A DNA stretch of 64,000 nt, taken from sequence record NC_042100.1, one strand, 5' to 3'. Positions 1 to 9,900 of the stretch are shown one piece after another (position 1 is the stretch's first letter; every line of letters begins with the position of its first letter). Under the pieces are notes generated by a model. The model was given only the letters and a program-made list of their open reading frames with translations, searched no databases and had not been told where the DNA came from. Both the position numbers and the translations under genes were made by a program.

Positions 1-635
1 TAATGAAAGAAATCACCAAGGGTGGTTATAACTATACAGTTTATCGCTCGTTGTTTGATAAACTCACTGATGATCAGTTTGAAGAGTTTATAGTAAAACT
101 GGAAGCGGGTGGCATGCTCTCCATTTGGGTAGATAACCATAACCCTGATGAATACCCGGTGTTTGACAAAATCGTAGAGCTCAGTCAAGCTCGTGGTTTA
201 GAACCAGAACAACATTTGGTGTTCTACGATCAAGATACTGGTCTACGTTATGAAACCCCAGAGACGTTCATAGTGGGGACTGCTGAAACCCGTAAACAAC
301 GCCAGATGTGGGTTAAGAAGTTTGGTGCTGCTAAGGACGACACTAAGATCGACGACTTAACAGGTCAAGTCTTTGGTGATTCTCGTGGTACTGGCATTTC
401 TATTCCAGAGGTTCGTGTGTTGAAGACGCTTGGCTTGGATCTGATCGCCAAAGAACAATACGACGTAAAAGGTGGTGACTTGGGTGCATTGGATGAATAC
501 CGTAAGGGGATCCAAGAGACCGGACACGCAACCGTAGAAGGTTCATTACGACGTGGTACAGGTGTTCGTTCTTTACAAACCGCTGGTCTCTTGATGATGG
601 GTCGACACCTAGAAAACAACCTAGGAGAACGTTAG
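1..635 (+). CDS. Virion RNA polymerase beta subunit, C-terminal fragment (phiKZ gp149-like); probably 5'-truncated by the window edge
   Basis: DDLTGQVFGDSRGTGISIPEVRVLKTLG...EQYDVKGGD aligns by eye with the RpoB C-terminus ([27 protein letters not shown]...EMLTVKSDD). No stop codon is visible upstream of position 3, so the true start may lie before the window. Confidence 0.8.
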   Translation, partial: MKEITKGGYNYTVYRSLFDKLTDDQFEEFIVKLEAGGMLSIWVDNHNPDEYPVFDKIVELSQARGLEPEQHLVFYDQDTGLRYETPETFIVGTAETRKQRQMWVKKFGAAKDDTKIDDLTGQVFGDSRGTGISIPEVRVLKTLGLDLIAKEQYDVKGGDLGALDEYRKGIQETGHATVEGSLRRGTGVRSLQTAGLLMMGRHLENNLGER

Positions 636-636
636 G

Positions 637-1149
637 ATGGGACCGTTTACAGAAATTAAGAATTGGTTGGAAGTTTGGAGTTTAGAACTCGCCATCATGA
701 AGTGGAGTTTGGAAAGTGATAGTGACGACCACCACACCATCTTTACTTTGGCCGGTGCGGTACAAATACAACCCTTACTCTCTTTCGAAGAAGTTTACCA
801 AGAAATTATTTTGCAAATGCTGGAAGGTAAAAACTCTTCGCTAAACGCTACCGAGTTGATGGAGATCACCATGCGTGTTCTTTCTCGTGTGGATTTTGAT
901 AAACTTGCAAAAGAAGCCCAAACGTTATGTGAGATGTTGCACGGTGATTTTGGTAAACTCGGTGATATGACCATTAAAGACAAAACCCCCCTCTACATCT
1001 TTTGTTTCTTACACCGTGTGTTTGCGGTAGAAGTTTCAGCACGCATCAAGACTTATGAACCGGGTAAACACAACCCTCTCTTGGGTCCTTTCCAACCGAT
1101 GTTAGAAGAGTTGCTGTCTTCAGGACAGGCTCCAGTGAAAGGGGAATAA
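637..1149 (+). CDS. Hypothetical protein (170 aa)
   Basis: ORF tightly packed between its neighbours, with GGAG upstream; no recognisable motif. Confidence 0.75.
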   Translation: MGPFTEIKNWLEVWSLELAIMKWSLESDSDDHHTIFTLAGAVQIQPLLSFEEVYQEIILQMLEGKNSSLNATELMEITMRVLSRVDFDKLAKEAQTLCEMLHGDFGKLGDMTIKDKTPLYIFCFLHRVFAVEVSARIKTYEPGKHNPLLGPFQPMLEELLSSGQAPVKGE

Positions 1150-1150
1150 C

Positions 1151-1885
1151 ATGGCGTTTAAGATCTTAACTGATTTAGATAGCATGTTGGATACTCGACA
1201 AGGTACGTTGGATGTTTTACTGGAACCAGTTAAAGAAACCTTTGATAATGTTTACGGTGATCTGTATTTTAAGCGGGTACTGGATAAGTTCGACCGTGAA
1301 CCTTTTGGTATCACTATGGATCGCTATCGGGATGCTTTTAAAAACCGGGACATTGCTACCATCGTAAAATCTCGACCAACTCCATTACTTAAGCGATTGT
1401 TTAGTGTCGTGGTGGATGCGGAAGCGCTCACTGGTAAACCGATTCGGGTGGAGAGTATCGAGATCACGGTACTGACCGCACCCTACGATCTACCGGACGA
1501 AGTGTTGAATGACTTAAAGAAAATCTTAGAAGGCAATCTCGGTTATCGATGCAGTGTGAATTTTGACAATCGTCCTGCTGCTAATGTGACTGGTTCTTAC
1601 GTCTCTAACTTTACACACGTCTTTATCTATCATCTGTTGGGTGAGGCTTATAGCGAATTCACAAAAACATTTGATCAACGTCCAAGTCCTGACACGAAAC
1701 TATTTATACCGGCTGTGTTCCTGAAGGAACCCGATGAACTCGGCATAAGTCCTACGACTCAAATCCAGCGAGTTGGGTTGTTGTGGTCAGTATTATGGAC
1801 GGTCGTTCCCCTCCCCTTGAAATTCTACGATGGGTTGAGTGCGGAAGAGTCCAGACGCTTGGAAGCGACTTTATCAAATGAGTGA
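1151..1885 (+). CDS. Hypothetical protein (244 aa) with an N-terminal HAD-like DLDxxLD motif
   Basis: GGGG RBS upstream; ILTDLDSMLDTR at the N-terminus; followed by a hairpin terminator. HAD similarity is weak. Confidence 0.7.
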   Translation: MAFKILTDLDSMLDTRQGTLDVLLEPVKETFDNVYGDLYFKRVLDKFDREPFGITMDRYRDAFKNRDIATIVKSRPTPLLKRLFSVVVDAEALTGKPIRVESIEITVLTAPYDLPDEVLNDLKKILEGNLGYRCSVNFDNRPAANVTGSYVSNFTHVFIYHLLGEAYSEFTKTFDQRPSPDTKLFIPAVFLKEPDELGISPTTQIQRVGLLWSVLWTVVPLPLKFYDGLSAEESRRLEATLSNE

Positions 1886-1895
1886 ATACCCATTA

Positions 1896-1927
1896 TATAC
1901 TCCTACTCCCTGTGGAGTAGGAGTATA
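1896..1927. terminator. Bidirectional intrinsic terminator between convergent genes
   Basis: Perfect 14-bp stem TATACTCCTACTCC-CTGT-GGAGTAGGAGTATA followed by T-rich tracts. Confidence 0.85.
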
Positions 1928-1945
1928 CTTTTGATTTTATTTTTT

Positions 1946-2449
1946 TTAACCTACTTTTTCACCATCGAAATCTAAGTAAGCAATACCTTGCTCTAACTCA
2001 TCATCACGGATTTTAGGTTGGTCTTCTAAGAGTTCATCGAGACCTTCATCCATGTTAATAATGAATGAACCTTCTCCCCAAGTTGGGATAGTGATGTTGG
2101 TTTGGTTCATGGTATTCATGGCTTCGATCAATTGGTTAAAGCTAGCACGGTTTTCTTCTTTATCTTTAGCACGTTCAGATTCTTTACGGTCATCTCGTAC
2201 TGATTTCTCAAGTGCACCGATAAGGGAGTTCAGAGCATCCAATAACTTTGGATCGTTAGGTCGTTTTAAATAAGCGGCGGTGGCGTTATCAAGGATAAGT
2301 CCACGGTGTTTTTGAATGGCTTGAATCAGAGCTTTCTGGGACGGGTCTTCTTCGTCTTTTTGATTTGCTTTGAACAAGGCTTGGAGGATACCTCTTACTG
2401 TTTCCTCAGAGGCGTCCCCGTGATAAGGTTTATACTCTTCGCTGGACAT
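1946..2449 (-). CDS. Hypothetical helical, acidic protein (167 aa)
   Basis: ORF track; ends at the bidirectional terminator; composition is protein-like. Confidence 0.75.
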   Translation of the reverse strand: MSSEEYKPYHGDASEETVRGILQALFKANQKDEEDPSQKALIQAIQKHRGLILDNATAAYLKRPNDPKLLDALNSLIGALEKSVRDDRKESERAKDKEENRASFNQLIEAMNTMNQTNITIPTWGEGSFIINMDEGLDELLEDQPKIRDDELEQGIAYLDFDGEKVG

Positions 2450-2454
2450 AAATA

Positions 2455-2478
2455 TTTTCGAACCTATATTACTTGGGT
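2455..2478 (+). promoter_or_regulatory. Putative phage early promoter, consensus CTATAT-WAY-N4-GT
   Basis: TTTTCGAACCTATATTACTTGGGT matches four other intergenic copies with identical spacing. Confidence 0.6.
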
Positions 2479-2512
2479 AGTAGGACTACCACATTAACAA
2501 AAGGAGGACACA

Positions 2513-3115
2513 ATGCAGTCGGTGTTAAGTTGGTTCCGAGGATTATTCCGTAAAAAGAAACCACCATATAACCTAATAACTGCGCGGGAAGAATTAGAAC
2601 GTATCCGGGAATTATTGAAGCCCAGTAGTCAGGCAACCGTTAATGAGTTGTTGTTCGTTCTATACAATTTCCAAGAGGAGCTCCCCTACAGCTTTGTAGA
2701 GGACTTTTCTAAGTTAAGAGACTTGAGATTCACTTTTAATTCTAAGACCTCTCAGAAACTCTCTTTGTTACTCTCAGAAGCATTTGATGGTTCTTATGAA
2801 CGCATCATCGCCCACCGAGAAGTAATGGGGTTAGGTAAAACAGAGAAGCCAGTTTCGAACTGGTACTCCAATAAAGAATCCATTGAAACCATAATGCAAG
2901 CGATGTCTGTGTGGTGTCAAATTGGAATGCGATTACATTATGAACGATACCAAGAAGGTCATCCCGGATTATGGGACGAACCGGTATCAAAGGGTCAAGA
3001 GAACTTTGTCTTCAGTAATGCATTCATGAAGGTCCTCAGCGATTATGTTGAGGTAATCGATTTGATACTGAGCACCCAACCTAGAGGTATCGACCTTGAA
3101 CAAACCAAACGATAA
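2513..3115 (+). CDS. Hypothetical protein (200 aa)
   Basis: Strong AGGAGG RBS; ORF track. Confidence 0.8.
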   Translation: MQSVLSWFRGLFRKKKPPYNLITAREELERIRELLKPSSQATVNELLFVLYNFQEELPYSFVEDFSKLRDLRFTFNSKTSQKLSLLLSEAFDGSYERIIAHREVMGLGKTEKPVSNWYSNKESIETIMQAMSVWCQIGMRLHYERYQEGHPGLWDEPVSKGQENFVFSNAFMKVLSDYVEVIDLILSTQPRGIDLEQTKR

Positions 3116-3497
3116 TAAACTCGACCTAAGCGCAATCACTAAAAACTACACGGAGGACAGAGACCTTAAAGATCCACCATCGCGTTTGTTCCGAGCTCTA
3201 CTTAGAAAGATGGACCTAAACGTCTCCCAACTGGTATTGTTATTACAAGAATACATGAAGTGGGAGGTGACCACAAAGGATCCGGTTAAAATGAAATCGG
3301 AACGTAATACACTCATGGGAAACATTCGTGCGGCTTATTTTAAGAACGACACCATGACCTTCCCTAAATTACTCACAGGGTTGAGCATACTCCAAATTAA
3401 GAAATACACTTTAACTCTAGAAGTAGAGACTGAAGATGGCAAAACCGTGAAAGTTTCTGAGACGGGACGTGTGCACAACGCCCGTAACACGAAATAA
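3096..3497 (+). CDS. Hypothetical protein (133 aa, TTG start)
   Basis: GAGGT RBS before the TTG; overlaps the upstream stop; followed by a hairpin. Confidence 0.7.
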   Translation: MNKPNDNKLDLSAITKNYTEDRDLKDPPSRLFRALLRKMDLNVSQLVLLLQEYMKWEVTTKDPVKMKSERNTLMGNIRAAYFKNDTMTFPKLLTGLSILQIKKYTLTLEVETEDGKTVKVSETGRVHNARNTK

Positions 3498-3527
3498 CAC
3501 GGATTCAATCATTACGTAATGAAAGAA

Positions 3528-3557
3528 CGCGGGCGGCTCCTAACGGGGTCGTCCGCG
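3528..3557 (+). terminator. Intrinsic terminator
   Basis: CGCGGGCGGCTCC-TAAC-GGGGTCGTCCGCG stem (with G-U pairs), followed by a T-rich tract. Confidence 0.65.
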
Positions 3558-3592
3558 AATTTTATGCTTAATTTTTTTAACGGTGTGTGACT

Positions 3593-4723
3593 ATGAGTGA
3601 ATTTGAGAATATACTTGATTCCTTCGATCCGTTTGAGGGATTGTCCTCAACCGATCCGGTGAGTAAGAAATCGAGTGAGATATCGGGTGACGTGAGTTCA
3701 ATTCGAAAGAAAGCAACCAACCCCATCGACGCGAGCTCCAAGGATAACAACAAAGGGGTGGAAACGGTAAAGCCTGAGAACAGTGCTTTAGACAAAACCC
3801 TTAATAGTTTTAAGTCCGACACGTTAGGTCAGATAAGTGACGGATACCAACAAAAAACAGAAAACCTTTCTTTGGATGACTTACGGGATTTAGCGTTAGT
3901 AGAAGAAGGGGAATTAAAACTCAACAAAGACCATGTGATGTCGGAGCTATCTGATGTACTCGGTTATTCCTTGGGAGACACAGAAGCATTTAAGGGGGAA
4001 GCGGGTGATGAGTTGTTTAAACGATTCACTCAGTTAACGGATCCTGATGGTGGCGCACTCCTAGATAAGAACGGGGATGAGTTAAGTTTTAAAGATGGAT
4101 GGCGAGATGGAACAACCGAAGGGTTAATCTATTCGTTAGCCATGCGAGGGTATGACCTTTACGAAGAAGTGAAAGATTCCGCGTTGGAGGATTCGTTTGA
4201 TGAAACGCAACTTTATTCGGCAGCGCAAGCAGGTATGGTGGAAGCATACCGACCAATCTTCGAAAAAATCAAACCGGAAAGTAAAGCTCGGTTAATGATG
4301 ATCAAAGCGATCAGTTACGTAATTCGTAATGGTGACTTTAACTCTTTGAAAGAGATGTTGAGTATTTTGGGTGAGGAGACTTACTCGATGATAAAACGCA
4401 ACTATCCTACGTTACCTCAAGATTTCCTAGCTAACTATTACTTGGATAGTAAAGTCTACTTCCATGAGCATCAGAGTGTTTCTGACGAACTTGTAAAGGT
4501 GTTAACAGACCTTTATGGTGTAAGTTGGTACAAAACTGATACAGCTCACGGTGAAGCGTATAACGTGTTGATCGGGACCGGTTGCAGTGAAGATGCGGTT
4601 AAGTTATTATCCTTGCAGGAAGATCTAGCGGTGTTAGTTTCTTTAAAGAGTACCTTTACGGAATTTCCTGCTTCTGAAGTTTTCTTTGAACACTTTCCAG
4701 ACACCCCAAGAATACATTTATAA
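3593..4723 (+). CDS. Hypothetical protein, probably virion structural (about 376 aa)
   Basis: Long ORF; GGTG RBS favours the ATG at 3593. The virion role is inferred only from context next to baseplate genes. Confidence 0.7.
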   Translation: MSEFENILDSFDPFEGLSSTDPVSKKSSEISGDVSSIRKKATNPIDASSKDNNKGVETVKPENSALDKTLNSFKSDTLGQISDGYQQKTENLSLDDLRDLALVEEGELKLNKDHVMSELSDVLGYSLGDTEAFKGEAGDELFKRFTQLTDPDGGALLDKNGDELSFKDGWRDGTTEGLIYSLAMRGYDLYEEVKDSALEDSFDETQLYSAAQAGMVEAYRPIFEKIKPESKARLMMIKAISYVIRNGDFNSLKEMLSILGEETYSMIKRNYPTLPQDFLANYYLDSKVYFHEHQSVSDELVKVLTDLYGVSWYKTDTAHGEAYNVLIGTGCSEDAVKLLSLQEDLAVLVSLKSTFTEFPASEVFFEHFPDTPRIHL

Positions 4724-4726
4724 TAG

Positions 4727-4760
4727 ATACTCTCCTACTCCAAACGGAGTAGGAGAGTAT
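4727..4760. terminator. Bidirectional intrinsic terminator between convergent genes
   Basis: Perfect 15-bp stem ATACTCTCCTACTCC-AAAC-GGAGTAGGAGAGTAT. Confidence 0.85.
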
Positions 4761-4775
4761 TAGTGTTTATTTTTT

Positions 4776-6950
4776 TTATCGAGATATCGGTCTTACGAAT
4801 ACCTTAGAAATATCACCGATAACTGAGTCCGTTACCATACCCGCTATATTCCCCGGAGACACACTTTGTTTCCATGCGACTTGTTGGGTGGTTAAACGTC
4901 GTGATAGTTGACTCCACCTCAGAACAGTGTCGAGATAGTCCGTCCCTGTAATACGGGCTAAGTATGCGTTGTAAGGACCCACATCTGTTAACATGCGAGA
5001 TACCGCCGCCGCTGGGTTAGTTAGTGAAGCTAATAATCCCGAAGCTCGTGTAATAGGAAGTGAAATGTATTTCTCCATATCCACGAAGGTGAGTTCAACG
5101 GTGATGTTCAAACACTTACGATCTTTAGTCCAACCACCCACGCCGTCACCAAAGCGAATCGTTGCCGATTCAACCATCCCTGTACGAATGACTTGTCGAC
5201 CCTTAGAAAACACCTTACATAAGAAAGGAGATGTCTGAGCCGACCCACCTGCTGAGTTAGGGAAGATCAATGGCAACAACATACAGAACGGAGCCCACAT
5301 CGTGGTTACTTGAGAATAAAGCGTTGCGTACGTCGCTTTGAATTCAAACTTGTAAGTTTCACGGTGTAGGTTTGCCGATGATTCACTCCAGTGCTCCGGA
5401 ATATTAATGTGGGTGTTGTTGGTTAATGCCAACGGAATATTCACAATAGCCGCAGAAGAAGAGATACCCGCCACCGCATCACGCGCCATGTTCAGGATCC
5501 CATCTATCGGCGAAATACCCGTTTGTAAGTCCGCCATATCGAAGCGGAAGTCATTCACTGATTTTACTGCGGAGTTAAACTTACCGGCCATTGGTGATTG
5601 TGTCGAGGTGTTGCTAAACGAATCACTCACCGCACCGTTGTGTTCATGACGGAACGTGATCGCATCAAAACCACCGTACAAAGAAGTCTCCAACAAATCC
5701 ACTATATCTCCCATCCAGCTGCGATCTTGAGTGTTGTCCTCATAGGTCGTTTGGTCTTGGTTGACTTGGTAGATATTAGGGGTTGTTCCGGTGTAAGGTG
5801 GGCGTTCCGAATCACCCGGGTGTGAAGGGGATTGCGCACTCGAAGAATTATTGGAACTCGGTGGCGTATCTCCCGTTACGTTTTGATTACCGTAAAGTCC
5901 CGGTAAAGTCCCATCCCCGCGAGACGTCATCGGAGGTTCCGGAGGTCTCGCGTTTTCGTATGCATCTTTGTCTAGATACGCAGAGTGACGCTCCGCAGTG
6001 TGTGGTTCATCCGTTCCATCTCCGCGTATACGACCGACGGTATTCAATTCCTTATCCAAGAAGTCTTTCAGGGGAACATCGTAAGCGTTACCATCCCCCG
6101 GTCGAAAGTTTTTCATCTTGGTTTCTATCGCATCCAGTTTCTCATCTGGTGAATTGATGTCAGCGTCATCGAGTTTCTTCACTTCTTTAACAAAATGACG
6201 GAACTTACGCACACCGCGAGTCATCATCCGTGCTAAGTCGATCGTTCCGTCTTCGTTAACCACATCACCAAACGTCTTAGACAGTCTCGCGACTTCTTCT
6301 TGGTAAGCGGTTTTGTAAGACGGATCTATCCCATTTACTGGGGCAGTGTCATCGTAAGTCATCGGAAGCAATGGTTTAATAGCTCCTAGTGATACCATGA
6401 TGTCATTCAACAAGTTGTTTGCCGACTGCATGTAGAGACCGACCGAGGGTTTGACGTAATAGAACTGGTTTTTCGGAGTGTTCGCTAACCAATAGATGAA
6501 TTGTGTCCCAATAGAGATTAACTGAATAGGGGCAAACGCGATCGTCCCGACCGCTTGACCAACATAAAACATGAACCCCGGGGTACGACCTTTGTTTGCC
6601 ATTACCGCAGCGACGGGATCAAACATGTTTGTGATGAAAGTCAACAGTCCAGTGAACTCAGGTACACCGGGAGTGATCGTGACAAGTGAGGCATTGTCAT
6701 CGAATACACGCTTGTATTGGGTCCCCATACCTCCTTCTTTGGACGGCATAAACTGAGTGAACCGAGGGTCCGCCGCTGGAGAAAACTGAGGTAGTGGGTT
6801 AACATAACGGTTATCCCCCGGTGAGCTAGAAAAGAAGTTGTAATAGAGATCTTTGTTAAGGTGATCTCTGACGGTGACGTTCTCCACACCCGCCGCCATC
6901 AAACGGAACGACTTTTTGATGAGGTCGCGGTCCGTGACAGTTACACTCAT
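4776..6950 (-). CDS. Baseplate/tail structural protein (phiKZ gp182-like), 724 aa
   Basis: Lies directly downstream of the tape-measure/lysin gene, as in phiKZ; N-terminal NPLPQF...DP motif; central Pro/Ser-rich low-complexity insert. Confidence 0.65.
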   Translation of the reverse strand: MSVTVTDRDLIKKSFRLMAAGVENVTVRDHLNKDLYYNFFSSSPGDNRYVNPLPQFSPAADPRFTQFMPSKEGGMGTQYKRVFDDNASLVTITPGVPEFTGLLTFITNMFDPVAAVMANKGRTPGFMFYVGQAVGTIAFAPIQLISIGTQFIYWLANTPKNQFYYVKPSVGLYMQSANNLLNDIMVSLGAIKPLLPMTYDDTAPVNGIDPSYKTAYQEEVARLSKTFGDVVNEDGTIDLARMMTRGVRKFRHFVKEVKKLDDADINSPDEKLDAIETKMKNFRPGDGNAYDVPLKDFLDKELNTVGRIRGDGTDEPHTAERHSAYLDKDAYENARPPEPPMTSRGDGTLPGLYGNQNVTGDTPPSSNNSSSAQSPSHPGDSERPPYTGTTPNIYQVNQDQTTYEDNTQDRSWMGDIVDLLETSLYGGFDAITFRHEHNGAVSDSFSNTSTQSPMAGKFNSAVKSVNDFRFDMADLQTGISPIDGILNMARDAVAGISSSAAIVNIPLALTNNTHINIPEHWSESSANLHRETYKFEFKATYATLYSQVTTMWAPFCMLLPLIFPNSAGGSAQTSPFLCKVFSKGRQVIRTGMVESATIRFGDGVGGWTKDRKCLNITVELTFVDMEKYISLPITRASGLLASLTNPAAAVSRMLTDVGPYNAYLARITGTDYLDTVLRWSQLSRRLTTQQVAWKQSVSPGNIAGMVTDSVIGDISKVFVRPISR

Positions 6951-6975
6951 GTTTGAGTCTCCTTAATAAAAAAGA

Positions 6976-6995
6976 TGGAGGGACGAATCCCTCCA
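6976..6995 (-). terminator. Intrinsic terminator after the tape-measure gene
   Basis: On the minus strand, TGGAGGGA-TTCG-TCCCTCCA is followed by TCTTTTTT. Confidence 0.75.
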
Positions 6996-6999
6996 AGGT

Positions 7000-9900
7000 T
7001 TAGGACATCATGACCGAGTCTTGTCTTCTTCGGTCGATCTTGTTGTTGCCTTCGTTGATTGCATTTAGTATGCCTTCCAGCAACTTAATTTGACCGGCTA
7101 AGATGGCTTCGGTTTCTGGTCGCATCGAAACGTCCACTTTCAGTTCATCAGCGGTTACTCTGATCTCCTTCAGTTTCTCGTCGATTTGCTGTTTAATGAC
7201 CTCCTTACTTCCTCCCTCTGACTTAGGGGCGGTTGGAGTTGATTCCGGTCTAGCAATCGCTGGAGGTGGACTCATAGTGCGTGTTGCTTTAACCGCAGAC
7301 GTCGCCTTAGACGTTTGATCGTCTAACGAGTAAGACTGCCCCGGTTTAGGGGACGTTAACGCGCGCTCTTCTTTAACCAACATTCCCTTGGGAACAGAGG
7401 AAGCCAAGGAATTACCGCGAGTGAATTTGTTGTCGACTAAAACTCCGTTCTTGTATTGCTTTGATTTTTCTGCAATACGTTGTTCAACCCGATCATCCAT
7501 CTCAGACTTAGTCATGTGATTATTGACATAGTTGTCGATGTGTTTCTCGGTTTCAGACATCCCCGAACTTGGGTCGTAAGGGGAATTATCTTCTTCTGAC
7601 GGAGCTAGGTCTTTTGTGAGATCTCCGTTAAGAATACCTTTTAGGTAGTCGTTGTACAGACGCTCACGTTTATCCATTCCCGGTAGGGCTTTACCGCCAT
7701 TCAAACCACGTGCAGAGAACGTGAAGTCCCCGTGTTGTTTGATCGACTGCATTTGTGGTGAGTTTTCTAGGAACCAGATAGCAGTCTTAGCCATGACCTC
7801 TGGGTCTTCAGAAACCAATCTAGGATTATTGACAATATCAATTCCTAGATCTTCTGCTGCCCGCTCGTAATTATCTTTACCCGTTAATTGAACCAACCCA
7901 CGACCACGGTACAACCAACCGTCGTTAGGAGAATCCGTATTACCTAGCCAGCCGTTATATACAGCATTAGCGAAAGCCACCGGTCCTTGACGAATGATGT
8001 CTTGTATTTGCGGGATATTGAACTTCTTCAATTTACGGAAGATAGAGCGCGCTCGTGACGCATTAGTGTAACGCATGTTCTCAGCAGTAGATTTGTAACC
8101 ACCCGTCTCATAATCGGTCAACGCCAACATCTGAGCGATTTCCCTAGGGTCATCGTAACCCTTCTTAACCATCTCTTGGATCAACACCTTAGTGATCTGA
8201 TCTTTGTTTAATGAGATGCCTTTATCGTCCCCCGGTTTGAGGGTGATATCAGTTTCTAATTTACGGTTGGTATCTACTTTCACTTTACTCAAATCACTAG
8301 TGACTTGATCACGCGGAGTAGGTTGTTCTACACCAAACTGTTTAGAAATATCTTGAGGGTTTCTCGGTTTGTTGATGTTCAGATTATCAGGGAGTCGGTA
8401 CACTGACTGGTCTGTCCCCTCTGGGGTTCGAACCGTACGACGTTGCTCCATCTCAGGGTCTTTCAGTCTAGCTTGATTCGCTTTAACTTCAAGGGCCTGA
8501 ACTAGACGCTTAACACGGGTCGTCATTCCTTCTGAACGTTCGCCTTCGAACGGCGCTTCATCAACGCTGAACAAAGTCTTCACTCTTTTGTCAATCATCA
8601 CCTTAAGTTCAGTGACTTGTTGAGCAAAACGGAATTGAGCTGTCGCCGATAACGTCATCCAGACTTTAGATGGATCACCACCACGCTGGTTACGACACAC
8701 CTGATGCCAAGCTAACCAGACTGGAAGGAAACGGTACTGGAACCAACGGATGGCGAGTTCTCGACCACGCTTAGACGTCACACGGAAAGACGTACTGAAC
8801 GTTGCCCAGAATTCTTCCACACTTCCAGTAAACTCGGAACGACCATTAGAATAAGAAGTGTATTTCTCAATCCAACGCTCTAACTTAAGAACCGCTTCAA
8901 CACGCCATGGCATGTTTTCTTCATTACCGTAAGCAGTAAGTCGGAAAGCAGTTATCAGTGCTACAGGTTTATCCCCCGGAAGCATGTCGGAGATATCGAT
9001 CCCCTTAATTACTTCTGGTTTCTTAAACCACGTATCGAGTTTTTTCTGCTTCTCTTCATCGTTATGATCCCCAGTCATCCGCATCCAAACGCTTTCCAGC
9101 ATCCCAGCCTTTTCGACTTTCTTGATCTTGGAGTTTACCGTGTCGATCGTTAGGTCTTCAGACAGTTTATCTGAATTAAGGTTAACCGTATCGTATTCTT
9201 CTTTGAGTTCGTTTAGATAACGTGCGACTTGGGCTTTGGTTTGTTCCTCACTCATGGCGTACGTATCGTCACTAATCCAAACCTGAATACGGTAAGGGGA
9301 CGGGTTAAACATCGCGGCTTCTTCGTGCGCTTTCTTAGCAATCAAAGCCACCGTGTTATTTTTAAGCTGGTCGTAATCTTCAAACTTAACGATATTAAGT
9401 TTTCGGAATTGAGCGTGGTAACTCAGGTACACAGGTTTAAATCGAGCACTAAACCAATGCAATGTATCCCTAACTCCTTCCCGACCTGAACGTGTTTGAA
9501 TTAAGGGACCTATGAAGCGTTCTAACGGGGTTTCTCTAGAGAACCCTGTATTGGTACCAGAAACTTGGATATAGTCTTGTAGGTTTCGCTCAAGCTGAAT
9601 AATCGTGTTGATTAAATCTTCATCTTGATCATCGATACCGTATTGTGCCATACGGAGTTTCTGCTGGATAGTTAGTTCGCTTGCGGTGAAGTATTTGTAT
9701 GCAGCGTAGCCCGCTAAACCTGCACCCGCTACCCCCAAGGTAATTGGGTTTAACAGAAACGGAGCAGACGCTGCTGCAATTCCACCCAGTGACGTTCCTG
9801 CCATCCCTGCAACCGCTGAGCCTGTTGCTAACCAACCCGCCGCATTTAATCCCATTGAACCTACGTCCAACAGTTTATCCGCAGTCGAGCCTTCTTCAAC

